Assembly (NCBI RefSeq): GCF_001194135.2
Contig: NC_069003.1
Span: 19,734,795 to 19,798,794, forward strand
Source: Octopus bimaculoides
Taxonomy: Eukaryota
DNA: 64,000 nucleotides
Reading direction: 5' to 3'
Part shown: piece by piece, positions 36,546 to 50,416 of the stretch
Layout of the letters: each line of letters starts with the position of its first letter
Position numbering within the stretch: the stretch's first letter is position 1
Notes under the pieces: model-generated
What the model was told of the DNA's origin: nothing
Databases searched by the model: none
Seen by the model: the letters and a program-made list of their open reading frames with translations, nothing else
Made by a program: the position numbers and the translations under genes

Positions 36546-37343
36546 GCATGCACAAATGCAATGAGCATGCAAAGCACAATTGAAAGACCATAATCCTAGA
36601 AGAGCTTAAGTCACACAAAAATCAATGTTTCCATGGTTTTAAGATGATCAAATTTAGTTTATCTTAAAAACCATGGAACAAACCTAATTGTATATAATGA
36701 GATTTTGATTACTGTTTGCTGCACTACATTTTATGTGGGATGAATGGAGGGATACATGCATACACACACACTGCACACATAAGCTTATTTTATCATTATT
36801 TTATCAAATCTGGATTGTTCAAAAAGCAAATCTCTGCCAGATATTGAACTCTAAATAATGAAGAACGGAACTAAACTCCATAATGCATTTAACCTATCAA
36901 CTAATAATGATAATGCTTTCAGTTAATAAGGATGATCCTTTGCATTCTGAGTTGAAAATCTTTTTAGGGGTTAAATCTTGCTTAACATTCTCCTGGAGTT
37001 AATAAAATCAAGTATCAATTAAGTGCTCAGATTGATATAATCAACTTACACCCTTCCCCAAAATGTCTGACCTTATGCTCACATTTACAAAATCATTATT
37101 TCAAGCATAACACAAGACCACATACTTTGGAGATGTATACAAATTAATTTTATTGATCCTCAGTACTTAACTGGTACCTTATTTTTCCATACCCAGAAAG
37201 ACGAAAGGTAAAATTGATCTCAACAGTGTTTGTAATCAAAACAGAAATGTAAGTAGGTATTACATGATGCTAATAATAGTTTCTCATAAAGGTACAGGGC
37301 TAGAAGTTTGGAGAGAGGGAAAGTGGGAGTAGTCGATAGAAAT

Positions 37344-37674
37344 CAGGGGTTCTCAATCATTTTTTATTTATGGACCCCTCTGATTACTATTTTATTCTGG
37401 TGAGCCCCCATAGCCATTTGATGTTTAAAACTAGTTTTATAGAAACCTCTTTCAAAATTCCTGTTTTTGTTTTTCCCACATTAACTTATATAGGTTGAAC
37501 TATGTGAAATGTTAGAAAAAGAAACCTAGCTGTTTCTTGCAATACATACCAATACATATATCTAAAGCAAAAATTTTTTCGGGGGCCCTTAAAATACAAT
37601 TGTGGTTGTACAAGTTACTATTGTGTTGCATGGACCCCACACAATCTTATATGGACCCCAGTTGAGAACTATTG
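37344..37674. mobile_element. hAT (Charlie-like) MITE
   Basis: Termini are CAGGGGTTCTCAA and TTGAGAACTATTG. The flanks ATAGAAAT and ATTTAAAT match at 6/8. Internal tggacccc motifs recur. Confidence 0.75.
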
Positions 37675-38349
37675 ATTTAAATGATCTTCATACACAATTA
37701 GTACTTTATTTTATTGACTGGCAAAGTTAACCTGCACTGGGATTGAAGTCAGAACATTAATAAATACAACAGGGCAAAACTGAAAAGTCATTTTACGATT
37801 TTATAACAACTGACGGCAGACCCTTACCACAGCATACATGGATGAGCAATGAAAGCCCCTAGAACTGAAGGGGCTTCTGAGAAACTTCTAATGTATCTAT
37901 GTTTCAAGAGGACACGTAACCTTGTATACTTCTATAATTCACTTCATTTATAATTAATTAGCAACTAATGAGATGATATAAAGCCACTTCTATAGCAGCT
38001 TAAACAAGTTACCTAGAAATATAAACACACAGAAGTTTCTAGAAAGTATTCAGAAATAAATTTTTATTATCATGTAAATGGTTGCAGGCAGGACTGCATG
38101 ACTAAGAAGTTTGTTATGCAATTACATAGCTTTGGGTTTGGTCTCGATGGGTGTCAACTTTAGCATGGATCTTCTAAGACTGTTGCCAGAAACTGACCTA
38201 AATCTTAAATGAAACTATGTAATTGTGTAGAGAGAATGTGTGTGGAACCCCTGTCAAGTGAACATGGAACCTATTCTACAGTTGTGAACTTATTTCATTG
38301 CCTGGCTAAACACCATCACCTGGTTTTGGGAGGCTTTAATCCTTTAGTA

Positions 38350-39895
38350 CAGTTTTTCTCAACCTTTTTAATATCCAGGCCAGAAAAATTTATTATATTT
38401 AAGAGAGAAGACTAAAAAAAGAAAACAGTAGAGTGATGGAATTTAATGTGAAACTTAATTTTGCTTTCAACCTTCAACTAGTTTGTTAAAACAAGGGCTC
38501 ATGGTGGAAGACACAGTACGCAAAAGCTGGATGACATGATGGTCAATCAATCAGTTACAATATTTTGTCTTGATACCCACTAGTTTGCTGAAAAGTGTTT
38601 CACACACATGTTGACCCAAATACCAAGGAATTTTTATATGTGTTAACAATCAAATTAGGATATTTCCCATCTAGGTTTCAACTCCAGAAGCCCAGGAGTT
38701 CCATTTGAAATTTGTCAGAAGTGGTTAATGCATGCATCTCCATAGGTTCTAAAAATATTTTCCTCGAGGACAAAGAATCCTTGATGTCATCAAAGCAGTG
38801 TTTAGATTTGTCAATCAAGTTACTCCTGTGGTGCTTAGTGCATGACTTGTTGCCCTTGTGCTCAGAAAGTGATGAGAAATGGGTTGTAGTGTCAAGTGCA
38901 ACTAGAATCTTCCAAAGGTAAAGCTTTGCAATGAAAGCAAACACTGTGCTGTACAATTCATGGAAGAGCTTGTCCTTACCTTGTAGGTCATGGTACAAAG
39001 TCAAAAGGTGTGCAGTAATATCAACAATGAAAGCCAAATCAGCAATCCATTCTTTGTTGCTAAGCTGAGGGAAGATTATCTTCCCTTCAGCTAAAGTTTT
39101 TTATTTCTGGGAGAAGTTTGAAGAACCTATTGAGGTATGTGGCATGGCTTAACCATCAAACAGTGGTGTACTTGAGCACATCTCCATAGCCGGAATCAAT
39201 ATCCACTAGAAACTACTTAAAATTACAATGGTTCAGGACTTTTACTCAAATCCAATTCATGACTGAAATTGCAGCCTGTCACAATGGCTATTTTCAGTGA
39301 CTTAGCAATGATATTTTCCTGATGTATAATGCAGAAGAAAGGTTCTCTGCTTGCCATCTGACAATGAGTCCGTGAAGATCTTGTTTCTGTCCAAGCATAG
39401 AAGAACCTCCATCTGTGGCAATGAAAACAGCTTTGATGGATCCAAAAGTGTTTGTTGAAGGCTTGCACAAAATTCCCAGAACATATCTGTCCCTTTTGTT
39501 GAGGCATGAATGGAACACAATATAAATAAATTCTTTATAAATCTGGAAATCTGGCATGACTCCCCTGGTGAACACAGCTAATTGCTCTGTATCAGTAATG
39601 TCTTTTGTGCTGTCAAAAGTGATAGAGTAGCAAATAAAATCTATCAACTTACTGAGAAGCTGGTCATGTAGGTCATTAGATATGCATTCAACTCAAGTTA
39701 GCCTGTCTTGCTGAGCTGCATTTTCTTAGCTTTTTGCTGAATGCTAGAACAACATGCTTCAGGGAACATAGCTATAACCTGTTTCATGATTTTGCCATCT
39801 GAATATGGCATTATGTGGCAAGCCAGAAGGTGACTAATCCTGTATGATGCCATTGTTACATCTTTAGACTCATTTATATGTTTGAAGAAATTCAT
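38350..39895 (-). mobile_element. Degenerate hAT Buster/Charlie (GTF2IRD2/EPM2AIP1-like) transposase relic
   Basis: Frameshifted peptides include ASYRISHLLACHIMPYSDGKIMK, YSITFDSTKDITDTEQLAVFTRGV, IATDGGSSMLG, FFCIIHQE and AFIVDITAHLLTLYHDLQGKDKL. A TIR-like CAGTTTTTCTCAACC lies at 38350. The 5' part is cut by a piggyBac MITE. Confidence 0.85.
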
Positions 39896-40111
39896 TGCTT
39901 TAGCATATATACTGGCTATATCTGGCCCAAATATTCTACCTCGTCAAACTGACCAGATAAAGCCTCTCATATCTACCCAACAATGTCATTCTAAAAATAA
40001 ACAATCACATCATCAAAGTCTCAAGGCTACAAGATAATGCTGCATGATTAATTCACAACAATGTAAATAAACAAGCATTACATATAACAGAATAATCTGA
40101 ATTCTAAAGGG
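39896..40111 (+). mobile_element. piggyBac-type MITE (family 1)
   Basis: ctttagcat...gaataatctgaattctaaaggg, followed by TTAA at 40112-40115. Confidence 0.8.
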
Positions 40112-40979
40112 TTAACAGAGTTAACTCTGCTGCAAACATTTGGACCAGGACCTCAGTGTAAGGACAGAATAACTAAATATCTTGATGTATTACATCCTAC
40201 TGTAGTAACTCATTTGACTCTTATTTCTTCCTCTGTTTTTTTAATATCATTCATGGAGGCCTGACAAAAAGGTCAAGGTTGCTACCTTCCCATCCAAGAC
40301 TAAAGTATAAAAGAGATATTTTTCAGACACTCATGCCAGCATGGGAGCTGGATGTTAAACAATGATGATGATGATATTAACCTTGAATAATTTAATGCAA
40401 AGGTTACTCAAACGTATCTTGTAATTTGTGATAAACGAAAGTTATTCATTTATTCTTCTCTGCTAACAAAACTTGCAATAATTACAAAAAGCAAAAACAA
40501 AAAAAAAGATGAAAAAGTAAAAAAGAAAAATGTTGAGAAAAGAAGAGAAAAGTTAAAGGAGTGAGGAGTGAGCAGAGCCAGAGGAGAAAAAATAAGAAGA
40601 ATATCATTTAATGCTTGAAAAATGTAATTTAAAACAAAAAAATTATTAAACTAAAATTAGTTAAAATTTAAAATAAAATGAAATGATTATCTGAGATGGT
40701 TCATTTCCTTAAGTCAACATTGTAGGTTCAATACTTGAGTAGTTGAAGGTTTTATTGGTTAGAAATTAAATTATGTAATTCAGTCAATTATTTTATTCAT
40801 TGATTAAAATGAAAGGGGATCGTGTTTACTAGATCGCTAGTTGGTTGGTTGGTTGGTTGTCTGGTGGAAGTGAAGGAATCATATTCAAGGACTAGCATTT
40901 TCTTAACAAAGATAGTGTTTTTTTTTTTATCAAAAAATTTCACAAAGAAACAAACACCTAGAAGAAATAAAGTTCAACA

Positions 40980-41345
40980 GGTATAGGCGTGACTGTGTAG
41001 TAAGGAGTTTGCTTCCTAATCATATGGTTACAGGTACAGTCCCACTGTATGGCACCTTGGCAAAGTGTTTCCTACTACAGATTTGAGCCGACCAAAGTCT
41101 TCTGAGTGAATTTGGTAGATGGCTACAGGAATGCGCTTGTGTGTGTGTGTGTCTGTGGTTGTCCCACACCACTGCTTGACAACTGGTGTTGGTATATTTA
41201 CGGCCCCATAACTTAGTAGTTCAGCATTTGATACGATAAATAGAAAGCTTTAATAATACATATATAAACTAGAGTTGATTTGTTTGATTAAAACTGTTCA
41301 AGGTGGTGTCCAAGCATGGCCACAATCCAATGACTGATCAAGTGG
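40980..41345 (+). mobile_element. tRNA-headed SINE family A
   Basis: ggcgtgactgtgtagtaagg...gtacagtcccactg...tail catggccacaatccaatgactga. Confidence 0.8.
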
Positions 41346-41724
41346 AAGAAAGATGAAAGGCAAAAATAGCAGCCAAATCTCCCTCACACCACACACACAC
41401 AGTTTAAAAACAATAATAGTGAAAGATAGAAACTGTTGGAATGGTTATACATGGAATGCCTTTGACCACAGACCTGGAAGAGTGGGAATAAACAACAAAA
41501 AGGTTTCTATGCTTCCAGAAGTAGATTCTGTCTTCCTTTTTTTTCTTTTTGTTTTTTAGTGAAATCAAAAGATCCCAATATTTAACAATTCTTGTTATAT
41601 TAACAGTTTTTTTAATTTGTGACATATGTCCTGTTGGTCCTTGTCAAAGGCTGGGTGAAATGAAGGTGTAGAAGTTATATTATTCATATGCACATATATA
41701 TGCATACATGGTTGGCACTCTGTT

Positions 41725-42090
41725 GGCTACAGCGACGAGGGTTCCAGTTGATCCGATCAACGGAACAGCTTGCTCCTGAAATTAACGTGCAAGTGGCTGA
41801 GCACTCCACAAACATGTGTACCCTTAACATAGTTCTCGAGGAGATTCAGCATGACACAGAGTGTGACAAAGCTGGCCCTTTGAATTACAGGCACAACAGA
41901 AACAGGAAGAAAGAATGAGAATAGTTGTGGTGAAAGAGTATAGCAGGGTTTGCCACCACCCCCTGCCGGAGCCTTGTGGAACTTTAGGTGTTTTTGCTCA
42001 ATAAACACTCACAAAGCTTCGGTCTGGGAATCGAAACCGCTATCCTACGACCGCAAGTCCGCTGCCCTAACCACTGGGCCATTGTGCTTC
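41725..42090 (-). mobile_element. Young tRNA-headed SINE family C
   Basis: The minus-strand head has A box TGGCCCAGTGG and B box GGTTTCGATTCC. The body motif gtgacaaagctggccctttgaattacagg also occurs at about 17410, 48980 and 58960. Confidence 0.8.
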
Positions 42091-42271
42091 TACTGCATAC
42101 ATACATATAGACAGATATATGCATACATATATAAAAATGCACATGCATCTCTCTCTCATATATATNNNNNNNNNNNNNNNNNNNNNNNNNNNNNNNNNNN
42201 NNNNNNNNNNNNNNNNNNNNNNNNNNNNNNNNNNNNNNNNNNNNNNNNNNNNNNNNNNNNNNNNNNNNNNN

Positions 42272-42350
<79 letters not shown>
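42272..42350. repeat. (GATA)n microsatellite
   Basis: Read directly from the sequence. Confidence 0.98.
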
Positions 42351-42352
<2 letters not shown>

Positions 42353-42527
42353 ATTTAAAAGCACCCAGTACACTCTGTAAAGTGGGTGGAATTAGGAAGG
42401 GCATCCAACTGTAGAAACCATGCCGAAGCAGACAATAGTAACTGGCACACTCATCTGGCATGCCAGCTCTTGTCAAACCATCTAACCCATGCCAGTGTGG
42501 AAAACAGTTGTTAAATGATGCTGTGTA

Positions 42528-43265
42528 CAGGGTGTGATGGGTAAATAGCACCATGATGCAATTCACTTTGCAGAAATTTGGAAACGCCATACTGTACCGC
42601 TTAGCATTCATCCGGAAGCTCCAAAACAAACATTTCAGAGTGTTTGGGTGTCAATCTGAGTACAGTGCATAAAAATCAAACATTCAGTCAACATCATGGT
42701 GTTTGGAGTGATCATTAACGATGGCGACTTTATGCCTCCATTCATCTTCCAACACAGCCTCAGACTCAACATGGAGGCTTACATCAAGTGCCTGGAGGAG
42801 GTAGTGCTGCCCTGGGTCAAGAGGGTGGCTGCTGGAACACCCTATGCCTGGCAACAGGACTCTGCACCATGCTACATAAGCAGGAGAATCCAGTCATGGC
42901 TGTCAGACAATTTCTGCAACCACATTACCCCTAACATCTGGCCACCTAACTCCCCAGACTGCAACACCCTTCTTTATTATGTGTGGGCTGCAGTTGAATG
43001 AGAGACCAACAAAACTCTTTGTAACACCAAAGATGAACTGAAGGCAAGGATTATGGCAGCATTTACCAACTTGAACAAGGAGACTGTCCAGAAGAGTTCC
43101 GAAGTCATCTGGAGGCCATAGTTGAAGCCAATGGCAATGTTATTGAATAAATTTACTCTTTAGTATTTCAAAATACTTTAATGTAATTTTGGTAAATGTA
43201 ACTGTTAAAATGAGAAGTCAGTGTTATTTTCATTTTTGCATAATGGTAATTTTTGCTGCACCCTA
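42528..43265 (+). mobile_element. Internally deleted maT (DD37D) Tc1/mariner element
   Basis: TA then CAGGGTG...CACCCTA then TA. The peptide MVFGVII.DG..WQQDSAPC..WPPNSPDCNT has 37 residues between the second D and the position of the third. Confidence 0.85.
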
Positions 43266-43312
43266 TATATAATATGCATGTGTGTTTGTGTGTGTATTAT
43301 ATATGTATATAG

Positions 43313-43720
43313 GTGCAGGTATGGCTGTGTGATAAGAAGCTCGTTTCCCAACCACACAGTCCCAGGTTCAGTCCTACTGCATGGCACCTTAGATAAGTAC
43401 CTTCTACTACACGCCCAGGCTGACCAAAGCCTTGTAAGTGGATTTAGTAGTCGGAACCTGAATGAAATGTGTGTGTGTGTGTGTGTGTGTGTGTTTCTCC
43501 CTCTCTTTATTTGTTCCCCACCACTGCTTGACAACTGGTATTGTGTTTATGTCTCTATAATTTAGTGGTTTGGCAAAAAAAACAAACTGATAGAATAAGG
43601 ACCAGTCTTAAATAAAAAAAAAAGATGAAAATGTAAGTACTGGGGTTGATTCATTTGACTAAATATTCCCCAAGGTGGTGCCCCAGCATGGCTACAGTTT
43701 AATACTGAAACAAGTAAAAG
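43313..43720 (+). mobile_element. Full-length tRNA-headed SINE family A
   Basis: Head atggctgtgtgataag...ggttcagtcc, then (GT)n, then tail atactgaaacaagtaaaagataaaaga. Confidence 0.85.
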
Positions 43721-43829
43721 ATAAAAGATACATACATACACACATTTACATATATGCACCTATTTCAATGTTTGTGTTTTTATATATTAATATACTTACA
43801 CATTTACATACATGCACACACACACACAC

Positions 43830-43890
<61 letters not shown>

Positions 43891-46737
43891 CACACACAGA
43901 CACCCATAAACATTTACATATATACACATATATCTATACAAACACATATACACACAAATATACATACATATACATCAATTACAAAAAATAATTTGATTAT
44001 TCGTCACTCATCACAGCTGGAATCACAGCACTTGGCAAAAGTACCCCCTGCTTTAGTTGTTGCCAGTCAAAGACCTACAAATAACATCAGCAATCAAATT
44101 TACCCTTCTTAAAACTGAAAAATACATCAAACAATTTTCTCTGATGTTAAGAAATTTTTCAAAATTAATTCTCAGTCTCTCCCAGTGCTTCTGTTTATTT
44201 TAGCATTAATCAGAGAGAGAGAGAGAGAGAGAGTGTGTGTGTGTGAGCGTGTGTATGGGCGTGTGTGTGCATGCATGTATTTCTAACATTTATAACAGCA
44301 AGAAACACCAAGGCAATCCATAATTTCTTTATTAAAGATCTAAAGATTTAGATTTGGAAATATCTGCAAAGTTGAGAAATATAGATTTAATGATGTTTTT
44401 AACTATGAAGGATGGAATTTGGCCAAAAGAAATGTTAAAACTTGATGGATGAATGTGGAAAAAAAACTTCTTTCCAAATCAAGCAACATTCACATCATTG
44501 GTTTCTGTCTCACATTACACTTTTTTCCCTGACTTGTTTCAGTCATTAGACTGTGCCCATACTGGGGCACCAGCTTTTAAAATTTTTATTTGAATGCATT
44601 GTCCCGAGTACTTTCTTCTTTTTAAAGCCTGGTACTTATTCTATTTTGCCAAATTGCTCAGTTACAGGGATGTAAACACACCAACAATGATTGTGAAGTG
44701 GTGGGAGACAAACAGACACAAAAATATGCATGCACACGCACACACACATCCGATGGGTTTCTTTCAGTTTCTGTCAACCAAATCCATTTACAAGGCTTTA
44801 TTTAGTTGACTCAATGCTATAACAGAAAACACTTGCCCAAAGTGCCACACAGTGGGACTGAACCCAGAACCATGTGATTAGGAAGCAATGTTAAAAATAT
44901 GCGACAACAAGTACCCAAATACTGATGTTTCTTAAAAAGGTGCCATAAACTAAGGAAAGTGGTCAAAGAATATTTTACACACACACATCATCATTATCTA
45001 ATCTTTTCATTACTATATTTGTTTTGAAATACATAGCCTTTGTTTCAATTAATTTTTAAAATAATGAAAAATTTATGGAAGTAACATGATCATTATTAAA
45101 CTGGGTTTGGGAATATAACATTAAATCTTAATGAAAGGTTTGAATTTAGATCACTTTAAAACCGGAAATTGATATGACAGCACCAAGAGCAGTCTGAGCC
45201 AGGTTTGTATCAAAAGGGTTAACACCAGTCTTCCTTGCTGACATGAATTGGATAGTTTGACAGAATCCAATGAACTGGAGGACTGTATCAAGCCACAAAG
45301 GATGTTTTGGCATGGCTTCTATGATTGGGTGAGATTCCTAATGCCAACTACTTTACAAAGTATATTAGGTAGACTCTAATTCAATACACTTCTCTCTTCC
45401 TCTCTTTCTCTTTCTATCTTTCTTTCTTTCATATGTTCTCATTCCAAACTCTAGCCATTTCATACTCTCTCTCTCTCAGTTCTAGTCCATATTCCCCTCC
45501 TCTCTGTCTTAGATCTATTCCTTCCTCTTCCAACTATCCTTGTAGTCCCATACCAGTTCCTCTCATTCTCTCGCCCCTCTCAGTTCTAGTTCCATTCTCC
45601 TCCTCTCTCCACTGTCACTCAGGTCTAATTGCTTACCCTTTCCTATCCCTTTCTCTCAGTTTTAATCTCTCGCTCTTCCTTTTCTCTCTCAGTTCTAGTC
45701 AAAGTTAGTCCTCCTATGCTTCATTACTTACCATCAAATTACCAATTCATGAAACAAACTCCTTTATAGCATGACACTGTAACATCCATTTCTTCCTGTC
45801 CAAATGATTGATTGCAGCTTTCTCCAACTTACTAATTTACTATATGAATACCATAGCAATATACATCACCAATGAGGGAGTTTTAACATAATCTACCACC
45901 CTACTAGAAATAGCAGCTCAATCTCCTTCGAATCACACTCAAATGAAGGATACACTGATATGCAAAAAGACAGGATGGTCATGGTTGGAACACCTTTCAT
46001 TACACGTCATCTTCATCAAGGCTGACTTGGGACTAAACAACAACAGCCACAATGATAAATGAACATGGATTATTCCTGGCCATTGCACTGTCACAAGTCC
46101 TATGACTCATAGAGCTGGCTCCCCAGTTTCCATGTCATATAAGTGAGCAAGAGCACAACATTGTCCCTAAATGGGATGCCAGTCTGTTGTAGGGTTACTC
46201 ATTTACAGCTGAGTGGACAGGAGCAATGCGAATTGAAGTGTTCTGCTTAAAAGCATAATGTACCTCCCAATCTGGGAATCAAAACCATGATCTTGTGATT
46301 GTGAGTGCAACGCCCTAACCACTGGTCCACACACTTTCACATTCCTAACTGCTGAGGAAGCATCTATATGTCTGATCAGCTTGCTAGAAACAGCAATCAG
46401 ACCTCTCCTATGTCTTAAAAAAAATAAATAAATAAAAAGTTGCATTGCATGATGTAGTTCTTGGTATGTGAAAAGTCAGGATGGTCATGACCGGAACAAC
46501 TTTGGTTATAGGTCTGCTCAATCACTGCTGGTAACAAAACAATATGGTTCATTTCAACTGAGAGTACATTTATGTGCCTGTTCGGTTCATTAGAATCAGC
46601 ACCCAAATTGCCCTCAACTGACACCCTACTACGGAGCTTTTGAAACTTTGCACAATAGTGACAAGCATGCTTTTAAAAAAACTTTGTGACACCTTAGTGT
46701 TTTGTTAGTGACACAAAATTAATAAATAATCAATTAA

Positions 46738-48255
46738 CCTTTTGCCTGCCCAAAACATTGTTCATGCTTGTTTTCAAAGATTTAGTTGGCCCTCATTTCA
46801 TAAAGCGGAATGATGTAAAGTTTTCCTGTCATAAATCCTAAGTTACTATGGTAGTTGAAAAAAAAAAAAAATTGGGGATGTGTATCTATCAGGCACACAG
46901 TGACCAACAACAGAATGTTATAGTTGAGTCTACTGTGTAGACAATATATGCTTAGGTTGCAAATGAAAGTTTAAGGGGGCCATGGCCGTTTGCATGGTGA
47001 TCGCATTTTATTGGTTAATTTTCAATCATCATCAACCAATGAGCAATAGTTTGGCATCCAGTTGTCTTCGAGAATTTTGTGTTACTCATTTTTGCCTTCT
47101 CTTCATTGTATGATATATCGTTTTAGATTTTGCTAATGACTTTCTAAAAATTAATATTATTAATATTTTTTCAAATATATTTCTTTATAGTATAGCTTAT
47201 AATATGCTGGCTGCTGTTCATTATCTCTCTCTATGATAATAAACAAATACGACAATTATTATCGATTTTATTGTACATTTTTTAATATTGTGACAGTCAC
47301 ACTATTTCAATTGGTTGGCATTTGGGTGTCAAGTTTATTAGAGGCTGCCACACCATTAGGAGAAATACAATACATATATAAAATATTACAAGCATTGCTT
47401 TAAAAAGTACGAAACTAGAATAAAAAAATGCTCACGCTCAAAAGGGTTACAGAATGTCATAATAAACCTTAAAAAGTATGGGACAAGCATTGTTGCTGAA
47501 AAATATTGGAATCACTGTATGTTGTACATTCTGTGGCATCCTTTTATCACAAGAAATTTGTTGAGTTCATCGAAATTAAGTTATATTGAAAATTAATTAA
47601 GTTAAATTATCAAATACTCAATTTTAACAAAACAATTGTGTACAAATACTAATGTCATCTATACATAATTAATTCAATCTATGAATGACAATTTTTGCAA
47701 ATTCACAAGTAATGAATCAAAAATAATTTAGTAATAATTTGTTTAATTTGCATAACTATTCCATTAATATGTGTATCATAATGTGAATTATCTTTGCTTA
47801 TAATTATTTTGGTTTCATACTTTCGCTGTTATGTAGATTCGACTTCATCATAAATCCAGTATTGTTTTCTATTATCATGGTAATTTGCATGCAGCATGAA
47901 ATATGTTTTTTATATATACTTTGGGATGAAGAGAATTATAATGAATTTATTTATTCAAAGTCAAAGGTCATATTTTGTACATTTTCAAATTTTTATATTA
48001 AGAACTCAGTATAATAATTATCATGACATTGTAATTCAGACACGAGTCTCTTTTCCTTTTAAGATGCCACAGAATGTACAACATGTAGTGATGCCAACAT
48101 TTTTGAGGAACAATGCTAGTTCCATACTTTTTTTAAGGTTTATTATGACATTCTGTAACCCTTTTGAGCACGTGCATTTTTCAAACATATATGAATGCAT
48201 GGATGGCAGGGAAATATGTTCTGTGTAATTCTTAATACACAGGACAGGCAAAAGG
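46738..48255. mobile_element. About 1.5-kb non-autonomous piggyBac-like element with an internal long inverted repeat
   Basis: TTAA at 46734-46737 and 48256-48259. 11-bp perfect TIRs CCTTTTGCCTG and CAGGCAAAAGG. Internal arms of about 120 bp lie at 47423-47546 and 48056-48181. Confidence 0.8.
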
Positions 48256-48418
48256 TTAAATATTACCTCATGTTTAATTATATATCAGATCTCAAATATA
48301 ATAAACAGCCCAGTATTCATAAAAACTGGTCAGATTTTCACAATTCCACATGATATTGTCAACGACATACCAGAGTGCAGTGGCATACAGTTTGGAAGCC
48401 TTTACTGTATTATCTTAA

Positions 48419-48635
48419 CACTTTAGCATTTAAACCAGCCATATCTGGCCCAAATATTCTCCCCGTTTTATGTTCAAGCTGACCAGATCCAGCCTATTAC
48501 ACTTATCCTACAATATTATTCTAAAAATAAACAATCACATTATTGAAACCTTGAAGTTTCAAGATGATGCATGATTAATATAAAATATGGATTAGTAAGC
48601 ATTACATTTGACAGAATAATCTGAATGCTAAAGGA
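48419..48635 (+). mobile_element. piggyBac-type MITE (family 1)
   Basis: TTAA flanks on both sides; cactttagcatttaaaccagcc...gaatgctaaagga. Confidence 0.85.
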
Positions 48636-49364
48636 TTAAGGAAAAGAAAAAAGAAACACCTTGGACAATGTAATCCCTGGTAATGCATGTGTGTAAGTAT
48701 GGCTGAATGGTTAAGAAGTTTGCTTCACAATCACAAGCTCCAAGGTTCAATTCAAATGCATGACCTCTAGGGAAAGTGCCTTTTACAACAGCCTTGCATC
48801 GACCCAAACCTTGAGAGAGAAGGAAGATGAATGGAAACTATGTGGAAGTCCAATGGATGTATTGTACTTGTAATTTTGGGCATCTTGGTCAAGTGTCATT
48901 TTCTGTAGCTTCAGATGAGTGAAACCAGGTAAACAGAAACTGTACGGAATCCTGTCAGGTGGATTATACATGTATTTTTGGAATTTAAAGGTCCAGCCTT
49001 ATACAATCTATCATGATAACTCTACCTGAATTACAATCTTTGGAACACCCAACCACTTAATACTATTTTTATGAGCTTCATCCAAAAAAAAGAAAAAAAG
49101 ATGGAATGGTCACAACTGGAACATGTTGTCTGCTCAAAGAGCACTGAACTGGAGCTAAACAAGAACAATAACAAAACTCATTTCTCATTCCACTAACCTT
49201 CACTGTCTCTTTTACCAGATGGGTTTAAGTCACTTGTATTCAGCTGACATATCCTCACCATTGTCATCCCCACCTATCATCATCATCAGCAAGTCATCAT
49301 CGTCATCATCATTATCCTCAATAACATTGTCAATATCAACATCATCATCCTCAATAGCATTGAC

Positions 49365-49399
<35 letters not shown>

Positions 49400-50032
49400 A
49401 GATAAAAACTTGTTTTGGTGAAGATTTAATTATATTTAATGGAAGCACTTTCTGAAATTTTACTGAAAACTGCTTCAAACCCTTGAAAGTGTTCCTGATG
49501 GATGCTTCCTCCTCCATCACAGATTAAATATAATCTCAATAACTTCAATTCCTCTATTACTTTTGAACGAAAAAAAAAAATGCAACAAATAAACATGGAA
49601 AATGGAAGGGAAAGTAATTCATGAAGAGAACACGACAAATCAATAGTCACAACCATGTACACACACACACACAAATTTACACTTATATACATACAATTTA
49701 CTCCATGCCTGCATGGAAAAATGGTCAAAAAGACAGTGATGATGAGACTATATTCACACACACACACACATAATAAATGCTAAAACAAGTTCATTTCATA
49801 CTTATATATCATCAGTGTTTTAGCATCCACTTTTCCATGCCCACATGGGTCGGACAGAAATTATTAAGGCAGGTTCTTACCAATTCTCACCAATCCTCAC
49901 TTGTTTCTAAGTAAAGTAATACTTCTTCATGGTTAGACATGTCTCAGAAAAATGAAAACAAAGAACACCTTTTGCATGGTGACAACACTTGCTTATAACT
50001 ACCATGTGATGTCAAGGCAAGGCGACGGTAAA

Positions 50033-50065
<33 letters not shown>

Positions 50066-50109
50066 GTTCATAAAGGAAATGGAAGATGGATTTAGTATGA
50101 ATCATTATT

Positions 50110-50328
50110 GAGCATGACAATCATTTCAACTCATCCTACATCTGTCCCATGGGGGTAGGGTATTGTGCATCTGGTTGCGTTGCATCAATCAGTGCACTTC
50201 AAGTGCAGATTTTCTGATGTAGATCCAGTGAAAATTGTATCGTTACTGTGGATGACATCAGGTAGCCCAAACAGTGAATGTGCTTTAACTGACATACTAA
50301 TAGACATATACCCAAAGTCTATGTAATT
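50110..50328 (-). mobile_element. Possible decayed Gypsy-type integrase fragment
   Basis: FGLPDVIHSNDTIFTG...TIPYPH loosely resembles FGxPxxIVSDNGxQFTS...TxPYHP. The match is short and contains stops. Confidence 0.35.
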
Positions 50329-50381
50329 NNNNNNNNNNNNNNNNNNNNNNNNNNNNNNNNNNNNNNNNNNNNNNNNNNNNN

Positions 50382-50416
<35 letters not shown>

